Below, piece by piece: positions 45,514 to 53,272 of a stretch of 64,000 nucleotides of DNA (position 1 is the first letter of the stretch; every line of letters starts with the position of its first letter). Source of the DNA: an uncultured delta proteobacterium. GTDB taxonomy: Bacteria > Myxococcota_A > Polyangia > Fen-1088. The notes below the pieces were generated by a model. It was not told the DNA's origin, made no database searches, and saw nothing but the letters and a program-made list of their open reading frames with translations. The DNA lies in NCBI GenBank assembly GCA_963824555.1, contig CAWGPW010000007.1, positions 26,186 to 90,185 on the forward strand, written 5' to 3'. A program made the position numbers and the translations under genes.

Positions 45514-46539
45514 ATGCGGAGATTTTGCGCCCTCGCGGCTGGGCTTCTCGCCTCGCTTGCGTTCGCGACGGGCGTGCATGCCAAGACCGTCGAGTACCTC
45601 TCGCAGCACCCGGTGCCGCACAAGTACGGGGGCGGCTTCTGCAACATCGAGGTTCCCCACGTGCACAACTATCCCCCTGACGATCCACGCATGTACCGCG
45701 AGACCAACGGCCAGCTCTACTTCGTCGGGGATCCTGCCCCCTTCGGCTACGATGGTCCACGCTATACGTACTACGGCGCCCATCCCGTGGTCGATGCCGA
45801 GGTTCGATTCGGTCGTCCGGTCTATTGCTACATCAAGGGTCCCCACTACCACTGGTACCAGCCGCCAGCCCAGGCCCAGTTCCAACTGTCGGGAGGGGCC
45901 TACTGGTACGTGGGCAGCTTTCCGCCCGCCTACTACGACGATCGGCCGCGCTACGCTGCAATCAACGATGCCTACGCCCCCTTGCCCTACACACGCCCCG
46001 TGGTCGACGTTCAGGTCGCGCCACCCTCGGTGCGCGCGGAGATCTCCATCGGTGGACCGGGCTGGCGGGCCAGCGCCGTGGTGGGCGGACCGCCCGCGCC
46101 CGGCTATGTGGCTCCGCCGCCGCCCCCGCCCGGACCGGCCCTGCAGATCGGCGTCGGCATCAACCTGGGTGGGCCGCCGGTGGTCGGCGGTCCCATGATC
46201 GAACGCCGCGAGATCATCGAAGACCGGCGCGACCACGACCACGGACGGCACGAGGGATGGCGAGAGCCGCCGCGTTTTCGCGACCACGGCCACCGTCCGG
46301 CGCCGGCCCGCTATGCGCCGGTCCGCGCCCCCGTCACCGCGCCCCTGTTGCATCGCGCAGAGCCGCGGCGGCCGGGTCCAAGCCCTCGCTTTGCTCCGGC
46401 AACCGCGCCGATGCGCGGCCCCGCCCCGAACCAACCAAGACGCGGCCCTGCCCCGACCCAACCCGGTCACGCCATGGGCCCGCCCACGCGCGGTCCAGCG
46501 CCGACGGCGCTGGCGAAGCACGACGACCGCCATCGTTGA
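45514..46539 (+). CDS. Secreted protein with two copies of a CxIxxPHxH module and a Pro/His/Arg-rich tail
   Basis: MRRFCALAAGLLASLAFATGVHA (signal peptide). The two copies are FCNIEVPHVHNYPP…YFVG…YDGPRY and YCYIKGPHYHWYQPP…YWYVG…YDDRPRY. The tail reads RRDHDHGRHEGWREPPRFRDHGH…. Confidence 0.75.
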   Translation: MRRFCALAAGLLASLAFATGVHAKTVEYLSQHPVPHKYGGGFCNIEVPHVHNYPPDDPRMYRETNGQLYFVGDPAPFGYDGPRYTYYGAHPVVDAEVRFGRPVYCYIKGPHYHWYQPPAQAQFQLSGGAYWYVGSFPPAYYDDRPRYAAINDAYAPLPYTRPVVDVQVAPPSVRAEISIGGPGWRASAVVGGPPAPGYVAPPPPPPGPALQIGVGINLGGPPVVGGPMIERREIIEDRRDHDHGRHEGWREPPRFRDHGHRPAPARYAPVRAPVTAPLLHRAEPRRPGPSPRFAPATAPMRGPAPNQPRRGPAPTQPGHAMGPPTRGPAPTALAKHDDRHR

Positions 46540-46552
46540 GGGAAGGTCATCC

Positions 46553-47002
46553 ATGCGACGAGCACCATTCTTTCTCCCCATCCTTCTCCTCCTTGCCGCG
46601 ATTCCCGCGTGCAGCAGGAACAAGGCTTCTGCGTCGTCCGCTCCGGCGACGCCGGCTGCCCACGTGCAAGGCACTCCACACACCGACGAGGTCCTGAATG
46701 CCTGGCGCAACGCCGGCTTGGCCCCCGAGGGTTTCGCGCGCGTCGACCCGGCGCCGGACAGCGCCGCCTACTGCGAACACGGCCAGGTTCACGGGGTCGA
46801 CACCCTGGTCTGCGAGTACGCCAGCGAGGAAGCGCTGACCAGCGGAACCCAGCAGGTGAAGGAAGGTTGGGCGCGCGTGGACGCGCACACCGGCGCGATC
46901 CTGCGCGCAAAACGCACCACGATGGTCGTGGTGGACCGAGAACGCCGCGAACCCAGCGGCAAGACCATCAACCAGATGGCCAAGGTCTTCGAGAAACTCT
47001 AA
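46553..47002 (+). CDS. Small lipoprotein, unknown function
   Basis: MRRAPFFLPILLLLAAIPAC (lipobox). 149 aa, 13 nt downstream of the previous gene. Confidence 0.75.
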   Translation: MRRAPFFLPILLLLAAIPACSRNKASASSAPATPAAHVQGTPHTDEVLNAWRNAGLAPEGFARVDPAPDSAAYCEHGQVHGVDTLVCEYASEEALTSGTQQVKEGWARVDAHTGAILRAKRTTMVVVDRERREPSGKTINQMAKVFEKL

Positions 47003-47015
47003 CGGCGAACAAGAA

Positions 47016-47708
47016 ATGGAACATTTCATCCTCGCGCTCGCCGCCCTGCTGGCGGCAAAGCACGAAAACGCCGCCGCCGAGCCTCGCCTCGAGGTGTGGG
47101 CCGGCCATCAGGTCTTGAACGGCAAGCGCAAGATTCCGCTTTACGGCGAAAAGGAGACCCACACCGAGAACTACATCATCGCGGAAGTGACCCGAACGGC
47201 GTCGCGCATCGACATCCGGCAGAAGCTGTGCCGCATCGACATCCGCCCCATCAAGGGCGTGCTGGCGAGCATGAAACCGGAAACCGTCGCCCACCTACCA
47301 AGGACGCGCATCACGTTCGATGAGAGCGCGGACGGATCGCTGGCCGCCACACCGTGGTCCACCGGCTGGGGCGCCGAGGACATCGACCTCGATGGCAAGC
47401 CCGGCGCCACAGTCAAAATTTCCGGGACAAGCTGCTCGGGCGACGTCTACGTTTCCAACCAGTCCGTGACGTCCCTGTTTTCCGGCCATGCCACCGACGA
47501 CGGCGCCGCGGGCGAAATCTCCGTGAAGCTCAAGCAGAAGATCCTCGGCGCCAGCGGCCTTTGCTTGAAGCTCATCGCTGGCGACAGCGATGAAACGCAA
47601 ACCGGCTGGTTCGCCTACCGCCGCGTCGAGCCCGGCACGACCTGCCGTTCCCTCGTGGGCAAACCCTGGCCGGCGAAGGCGGAACCACCACCGCCGGCTC
47701 CCCACTGA
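47016..47708 (+). CDS. Hypothetical secreted protein
   Basis: MEHFILALAALLAAKHENAAA is signal-like. 230-aa ORF, 13 nt after the preceding gene. No family recognised. Confidence 0.65.
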   Translation: MEHFILALAALLAAKHENAAAEPRLEVWAGHQVLNGKRKIPLYGEKETHTENYIIAEVTRTASRIDIRQKLCRIDIRPIKGVLASMKPETVAHLPRTRITFDESADGSLAATPWSTGWGAEDIDLDGKPGATVKISGTSCSGDVYVSNQSVTSLFSGHATDDGAAGEISVKLKQKILGASGLCLKLIAGDSDETQTGWFAYRRVEPGTTCRSLVGKPWPAKAEPPPPAPH

Positions 47709-47844
47709 CCAAGCCGGATCGGATGCCGAGGCGAGGTAGCCGACTTTTCCGACAATCATGCTTTTCGGAACGCGTTTGCCTGCATGCTCTTCCCGGCCAG
47801 GGGGCGATGGTGTAGACAGCTACCGTCTCAAAGGAGGTTCGCGA

Positions 47845-48537
47845 ATGATCTACTCGACAGAAGTCGAACACATGACGTGCGTGGCGAAAGGGCCGAACCA
47901 CGGTCCCGCGCCCATCCCGGAAGAAGGCCGCTGGGTCCAAGCCAAGGAGATCAAGGACATTTCCGGCCTCACCCACGGCGTGGGTTGGTGCGCTCCCCAG
48001 CAGGGTGCCTGCAAGCTGACCCTCAACGTGAAGGATGGCGTGATCCAAGAAGCCCTGGTCGAGACCATCGGCTGCTCCGGCATGACCCACAGCGCGGCCA
48101 TGGCCGCGGAGATCCTCTCGGGCAAGACCATTCTCGAAGCCCTCAACACCGATCTCGTGTGCGACGCCATCAACACGGCCATGCGCGAGCTGTTCCTGCA
48201 GATCGTCTACGGCCGCACGCAGACGGCCTTCTCGGAGGGCGGCCTGCCCATCGGCGCCGGCCTGGAGGATCTGGGCAAGGGCCTGCGTAGCACCGTCGGC
48301 ACCATGTACGGCACCGTGGCCAAGGGCGTGCGCTACCTGGAAATGGCCGAGGGCTACGTGACCCGCCTCGGGCTCGACGAAGGCGGCGAGGTCATCGGCT
48401 ACGAATTCGTCCACCTGGGCAAGATGATGGAATCCATCAGCAAGGGCGTGGAGGCCGGGGAAGCCTTGAAGAAGGCCACCTCGAAGTACGGACGCTTCGA
48501 CGAAGCGGCCAAAACCATCAACCCCCGCCACCAGTAG
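47845..48537 (+). CDS. NifU/IscU-like Fe-S scaffold homolog with a C-terminal extension
   Basis: AAAGGAGG RBS, then MIYSTEVEH…GWCAPQQGACKLTLNVKDGVIQEALVETIGCSGMTHSAAMAAEILSGKTILEALN…LVCDAINTAM. The three Cys sit at IscU-like positions. Confidence 0.8.
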   Translation: MIYSTEVEHMTCVAKGPNHGPAPIPEEGRWVQAKEIKDISGLTHGVGWCAPQQGACKLTLNVKDGVIQEALVETIGCSGMTHSAAMAAEILSGKTILEALNTDLVCDAINTAMRELFLQIVYGRTQTAFSEGGLPIGAGLEDLGKGLRSTVGTMYGTVAKGVRYLEMAEGYVTRLGLDEGGEVIGYEFVHLGKMMESISKGVEAGEALKKATSKYGRFDEAAKTINPRHQ

Positions 48538-48552
48538 CAGGAGACATCGATC

Positions 48553-49554
48553 ATGGCTCTGTTTGAATCCTACGAACGCAGAATCGGCCAGATCACCCCG
48601 GTGTTGGCCAAGTACGGCATCGCGTCCCTCGAAGACGCGAAAAAGCTCGTCGATGCCAAGGGCGTCGACGTGTACAAGATCGTCAAGGAGATCCAGCCCA
48701 TCGCCTTCGAGAACGCCTGTTGGGCGTACATTGTCGGCGCGGCCATCGCTCTCAAGAAAGGCCAGAAGAAGGCCGTGGACATCGCCTGCTCGCTCGGCGA
48801 AGGCATGCAGTGCTTCTGCATTCCCGGTTCGGTCGCCGACGATCGCAAGGTCGGCATCGGCCACGGCAACCTGGCCTCGATGCTGCTCAAGGAAGAGACC
48901 AAGTGCTTCGCCTTCCTGGCCGGGCACGAGTCCTTCGCCGCCGCCGAGGGCGCCATCGGCCTCGCCCGCAGCGCCAACAAGGCCCGCAAGCAGCCCCTGC
49001 GCGTGATCCTCAACGGTCTCGGCAAGGACGCGGCCCAGATCATCAGCCGCATCAACGGCTTCACCTACGTGCAAACGAAGTTCGACTACGGCACCAGCAA
49101 GCTCAACATCGTCCGCGAGATCGCCTATTCAAAAGGTGAGAAGGCGAAAGTCCGCTGCTACGGCGCCGACGACGTGCGCGAGGGGGTGGCCATCAACCAC
49201 CACGAGGGCGTGGACGTGTCCATCACCGGCAACTCCACCAACCCGACCCGCTTCCAGCACCCGGTGGCCGGTACCTACAAGAAGGAATGCCTCGAACAAG
49301 GCAAGAAGTACTTCTCGGTCGCGAGCGGCGGCGGCACCGGCCGCACCCTTCACCCCGACAACATGGCCGCCGGTCCCGCCAGCTACGGCATGACCGACAC
49401 CATGGGCCGCATGCACAGCGACGCCCAGTTCGCGGGCAGCTCGTCCGTGCCCGCGCACGTCGAGATGATGGGCTTCCTCGGCATGGGCAACAACCCCATG
49501 GTCGGCGCCAGCGTGGCCGTCGCGGTCGCGCTCGAGCAGGCGCAGGCCAAGTAG
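48553..49554 (+). CDS. GGGtGRT-motif protein (conserved protein of unknown function)
   Basis: 333 aa containing …KKYFSVASGGGTGRTLHPDNMAAGPASYGMTDTMGRMHSD…. To my knowledge this family is named after that motif and usually sits next to a NifU-like gene. Confidence 0.85.
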   Translation: MALFESYERRIGQITPVLAKYGIASLEDAKKLVDAKGVDVYKIVKEIQPIAFENACWAYIVGAAIALKKGQKKAVDIACSLGEGMQCFCIPGSVADDRKVGIGHGNLASMLLKEETKCFAFLAGHESFAAAEGAIGLARSANKARKQPLRVILNGLGKDAAQIISRINGFTYVQTKFDYGTSKLNIVREIAYSKGEKAKVRCYGADDVREGVAINHHEGVDVSITGNSTNPTRFQHPVAGTYKKECLEQGKKYFSVASGGGTGRTLHPDNMAAGPASYGMTDTMGRMHSDAQFAGSSSVPAHVEMMGFLGMGNNPMVGASVAVAVALEQAQAK

Positions 49555-49573
49555 TGACAGCTCCTCGCGGAGG

Positions 49574-49599
49574 CCGTAGTCAGCCATTGACTTCTACGG
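49574..49599. terminator. Candidate bidirectional stem-loop between convergent genes
   Basis: CCGTAGTCA-GCCAT-TGACT(TC)TACGG is an imperfect hairpin. It lies between the stop at 49554 (+) and the stop at 49643 (-). There is no clear T tract. Confidence 0.35.
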
Positions 49600-49642
49600 T
49601 CTCCGTCGAGGAAACCAGACCGCCCGAGAAGAGGCCCCTCGC

Positions 49643-50491
49643 CTATTTCTTCTTCTCTTTCTCTCGTTTGGGCGCGGTCGCTGGCGTAGGGTGCGCGGCT
49701 GGCGCTCCGTGCGCGGCAGGCATCGAACGCCCTGCGGGTGCCCCCGGACCATGCACGGGGCCGGGTGCCGCGTGCTCCATCCCCCTATGCTCTGCTTCGC
49801 GGTGTTCTGCCTCGCGATGTTCCGGTTCCCGATGCTCCATCTCCCGATGCTCCATCTCCCGATGCTCTGCTTCGCGGTGTTCGAGCCCCTCACGACGTTC
49901 AACCCCTTCGCGATGCTCCATTTCCCGTCGGTGCTCGATCCGGGGAGCCTCGCGCCAGCCACCTGGAGGCGCGCCAGGGGCACGTCGCCACGCTGTGCTA
50001 TGATTCGAATCAGCACGCCAGTACCGTGGCTCGTAGCGCGGACGCGCTACCCAGCCTGGAGCGATCATGCCCCCGCCGCCGTAGGCGTAGTCTCGATAGC
50101 CGTCAGACCGTTGCCAGTAGCCGCGGTAGTAGACCGGTTGACCACTCTCCCAAATGAAGCGTGGGCCGAAGTACGACCACCCAGGTCGCCCCTGAGCCCA
50201 GTATCCGTTGTTCCAGGCCCAATCGTAACCGGTCCAGTCCCAGTACCCGTTGACCCAGGTAAAGCCCCATCCGGGCGAAGGCGGTCGGTACTCCGGGATC
50301 GGATCCGGCGGCAGCGTCTCAGGGTACACGGTCGGACCGGCGACGTAGGCCTCGGGCGGCGGCGGCGCGTACTGCGCGTGCACTTCGCCGGCCTGAGCAA
50401 AGGTCAGGATGCCTCCCACGATCGACAGGCAGGCCGCGCGTCTCAGTCGTCGCGCGCTGACCGGCATGGATTTCGGCGTCGGTGTGCTCAT
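49643..50491 (-). CDS. Secreted WxxGxW-repeat protein with a C-terminal (E/M)HRE-x pentapeptide repeat tract
   Basis: MSTPTPKSMPVSARRLRRAACLSIVGGILTFAQAGEVHA (signal peptide). Then …FTWVNGYWDWTGYDWAWNNGYWA…, followed by IEHRREMEHREGVERREGLEHREAEHREMEHREMEHREPEHREAEHREAEHRGMEH. Confidence 0.8.
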   Translation of the reverse strand: MSTPTPKSMPVSARRLRRAACLSIVGGILTFAQAGEVHAQYAPPPPEAYVAGPTVYPETLPPDPIPEYRPPSPGWGFTWVNGYWDWTGYDWAWNNGYWAQGRPGWSYFGPRFIWESGQPVYYRGYWQRSDGYRDYAYGGGGMIAPGWVARPRYEPRYWRADSNHSTAWRRAPGAPPGGWREAPRIEHRREMEHREGVERREGLEHREAEHREMEHREMEHREPEHREAEHREAEHRGMEHAAPGPVHGPGAPAGRSMPAAHGAPAAHPTPATAPKREKEKKK

Positions 50492-50543
50492 CGTATTTCC
50501 TTTCCTAAGTTGATTTCGAAGGGAGCGTTCAAGGGCGGTTTTG

Positions 50544-50915
50544 CTAGGGCGTGCAGAGATCAACTGAGCCGAGGGTGCTGTCGAAGGTGAAACAGTCCTG
50601 GTCATAGGGACACGTGGTATTACCCGCGGGGCAGGTCAGGTAGCATTGGCTGTCGATGCAGACGGAGTTGTAGTTACCCACAAGCTGGAAGCAGTCACTA
50701 TCGTAGGTGCATCCGGACGTGCAAAAGAATCCCGTGTACCCCGACGATGCCGGAAGGGTTGTAGCCGCGCAAGTTAGGCCGTCCGAGCAAACGTCTCCCG
50801 CGTAACAAGTCTCGTAGGGGTCGTCGACCATGGGCGTGTCGTTGTTGGATTTGGTGCTACCGCAACCAGCCACCAGAACGGCCCCGAAAATTGTCCAAGT
50901 CAGAAGTCGCGACAT
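50544..50915 (-). CDS. Small Cys-rich lipoprotein
   Basis: MSRLLTWTIFGAVLVAGC (lipobox), then 13 more Cys in ~100 aa. The segment is visibly lower in GC. Confidence 0.7.
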   Translation of the reverse strand: MSRLLTWTIFGAVLVAGCGSTKSNNDTPMVDDPYETCYAGDVCSDGLTCAATTLPASSGYTGFFCTSGCTYDSDCFQLVGNYNSVCIDSQCYLTCPAGNTTCPYDQDCFTFDSTLGSVDLCTP

Positions 50916-51059
50916 ATCGATGCAAGCCTCCATGTTAGGTTGATGTCGATCAAGATGATTCCCAGAAAACAGGTTTGTTTGCAAGTGCTACGAGTGCAGG
51001 CTCAACTGCTTCGGTGCGCTCACCGTGGAGCAACGGGCGCGGCAAGTGAGGTAGGTACG

Positions 51060-52727
51060 TTAGTGAAGCGGACCGCAGTTCGGTACGCGTGTCGTGCCCA
51101 CGTGGTTGGCCGCCATGCCAATGTGATACATGCCGTCGCTGGTCAGGTACCGAATATCGGCCCCGGTGCCACCGAGAGCCGCAACGCTGGTTACGCCAAA
51201 GTCGGTAGGATAGGACTGATAGCCATACCCCCAACAAAGGAGCGTATTCGTGGTGGTCAGTGCGCAGAAGTTTGCGAACTCATTGTCGCCACCGTGCAGA
51301 TCGACGACATTGTCAAGTGCGGTCGTCCCGCCCATCAAGGTGACCAGCGCCGGGGACAACACGGGAGAGGTTGTCGTTCCGTTTCCAGTCTCGCCTTGAA
51401 CGTTGTAGCCAAAGCAGCGAACGTTGGTGCCGTCGAGAACGCAGGTTGTTCCTTCATAGTCATTCGCCAATACCTTGATCGGATTGGTGAACCCCAGGAC
51501 TTTGGTTGGGTAGCGGCGGGTCGTCTTATCCCCCAAGCCGAGGTTCCCGTTGGGGTTATACCCCCAGCACCAGACTTCCTTGGAGGAGACCCCTTGGACG
51601 ATGGCGCAGGCGTAGCTCCCGGCAGAGTAGAGGCCAACCCTCAGAACACCAGTAAATGGGGAAGCCCCGTCGGTGGTAATCGGTACGGCGTAGGCCGAAG
51701 TGAGCGCCGTGCCGCCGTTCGTGAGGTAGGTCAAGGTTCCCCAGCAATAGAGTTTTCCGTCCCCTGTCACCGCACACGCGCTGTCTCCGCCGTTCACATA
51801 AGGAACCTCACTGTCCGCGATGGCAACGACGTTGGTGAGAGGCGTGTTGGCTGCGGTGAGAACCTGCGTCGCCTGGAACGACGTCGTCAAAGAATCCGTG
51901 CTCCCGTTCCCAAGCTGCCCGTAGGCGTTGCCATTGGCACCCGTCCGCCAACACCAGGCTGTTTGCGACGAACCCTGTACCGCACAACCATGGTAGGTGC
52001 CTTCCTGAACTCCGGTCATGCCCACGAGCGGGAGACCGGTGGTGGCGTCAAGGACCGGCGTCTGGGCCGTCGATGTCGGGTCGGTTTCGTACAGAACAGC
52101 CCCATCCGCACGGACCAGATAGCGACCGTAGAGTGCCTTCGCGCAGCTGCAAGTCGTACCATTCAAGCAGCTGAGGCTGCTATCGCAAGTATTTCCAGGG
52201 CAACACGCTTGCGAGAGTCCGCCGCAGGTAGGCACATCCGGCCCACTCGCAGCGTCTGGGCTTCCGCTTGCGAGGTCGCCGACGGCCTGAGCATCCAAGG
52301 GGATGCCAGTCGGTCCATCTGCCGGATACGCTATATCCGGGCCATTATTGGATGGAACGTCACTGCTCCCTGGCCTGTCCGGCTCGGACGAAGAATCAAC
52401 GGATGACCCGGCAGGGAGATCTGTCGAAGAACCAATCCCCACATCCTTTCCGGCAAGGTCGTTGAGTACGACGGCGTCTGCAATTGTGGAAGGCCCGTCA
52501 ATTGCGAAAGGTCCGTCGGTGCTCGCGGGTCCATCTGGCAGTGGCAGGGAGTCGTGCGCGGTGCCAAGAGGAAGATCACTCGAAATCGCTGACGTGCTGT
52601 CCATCTTGGCGGAGTCCGCTGCAGCGTCTTGATTGTTGTTGGTACTGCTGCTGCTGCAGCCCCAGAGGAAGGATACTGAGACCAGCGACAGGAACACAGG
52701 CGTGACGAACCGAGCAAATGCGGCCAT
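51060..52727 (-). CDS. RCC1-repeat (beta-propeller) lipoprotein
   Basis: MAAFARFVTPVFLSLVSVSFLWGC (lipobox) and an acidic/Ser/Pro-rich spacer. Repeated …CWRTGANGNAYGQLGNG…, …CWGYNPNGNLGLGD… and …CFGYNVQGETGNG… are RCC1 blades. Confidence 0.85.
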   Translation of the reverse strand: MAAFARFVTPVFLSLVSVSFLWGCSSSSTNNNQDAAADSAKMDSTSAISSDLPLGTAHDSLPLPDGPASTDGPFAIDGPSTIADAVVLNDLAGKDVGIGSSTDLPAGSSVDSSSEPDRPGSSDVPSNNGPDIAYPADGPTGIPLDAQAVGDLASGSPDAASGPDVPTCGGLSQACCPGNTCDSSLSCLNGTTCSCAKALYGRYLVRADGAVLYETDPTSTAQTPVLDATTGLPLVGMTGVQEGTYHGCAVQGSSQTAWCWRTGANGNAYGQLGNGSTDSLTTSFQATQVLTAANTPLTNVVAIADSEVPYVNGGDSACAVTGDGKLYCWGTLTYLTNGGTALTSAYAVPITTDGASPFTGVLRVGLYSAGSYACAIVQGVSSKEVWCWGYNPNGNLGLGDKTTRRYPTKVLGFTNPIKVLANDYEGTTCVLDGTNVRCFGYNVQGETGNGTTTSPVLSPALVTLMGGTTALDNVVDLHGGDNEFANFCALTTTNTLLCWGYGYQSYPTDFGVTSVAALGGTGADIRYLTSDGMYHIGMAANHVGTTRVPNCGPLH

Positions 52728-52947
52728 TCTAATCTCCTGGTTACGTGGGCGTTACCCGCCAATGCACCTGCTGTACTCACTTTGAGTGATTGCAATGAAT
52801 TGTCAGGTATGAATTTCTCCTTCGATTCCCAACCACACGAAAGGTTTCGCAACAAAGTGTTCCCGGCCGCGAATCCATCCCAGCCAAGAACACGCGCTGC
52901 GTCGCTACGCTCGCAGGTCGTCGTGGATACCCGCTCGCCCGCTCTCC

Positions 52948-53070
52948 TCAGCCGACTTCCCTGCCGGGCTCAGCCAGGGCCTCGACATCGAGAAGATCCT
53001 GCGGACGGCCGCTTGCTCGCTTGCTCGTGATCAGGTCGTCCTTGCTGATGACCGAAACGGAGACGCCGTC
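52948..53070 (-). pseudogene. C-terminal fragment of a small nucleotidyltransferase-like (TA-module-type) protein
   Basis: The minus strand reads DGVSVSVISKDDLITSKRASGRPQDLLDVEALAEPGREVG*, with an in-frame TAG immediately upstream. The motif (I/V)S.EDLI..K.ASGR.KD..D.E.L is recalled from memory only. Confidence 0.35.
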
Positions 53071-53272
53071 CTAGCTCGCACGTATACGCAGGGCGAGGCA
53101 CGCGGAAAAATCCCCACCGGGAACGCCTTCCACCACGTCAATTCGGACTGGCCGACGTGGCCGACCGCTTGGCCTACGCTCCCCGAGCCTACAAGCGCTG
53201 GCGTCGGGCCGCGATGCCGGTGTCACCGGAGTGAGTTGACCGGGCAGGGGAACAGGACCGGACCCCTGCCTC

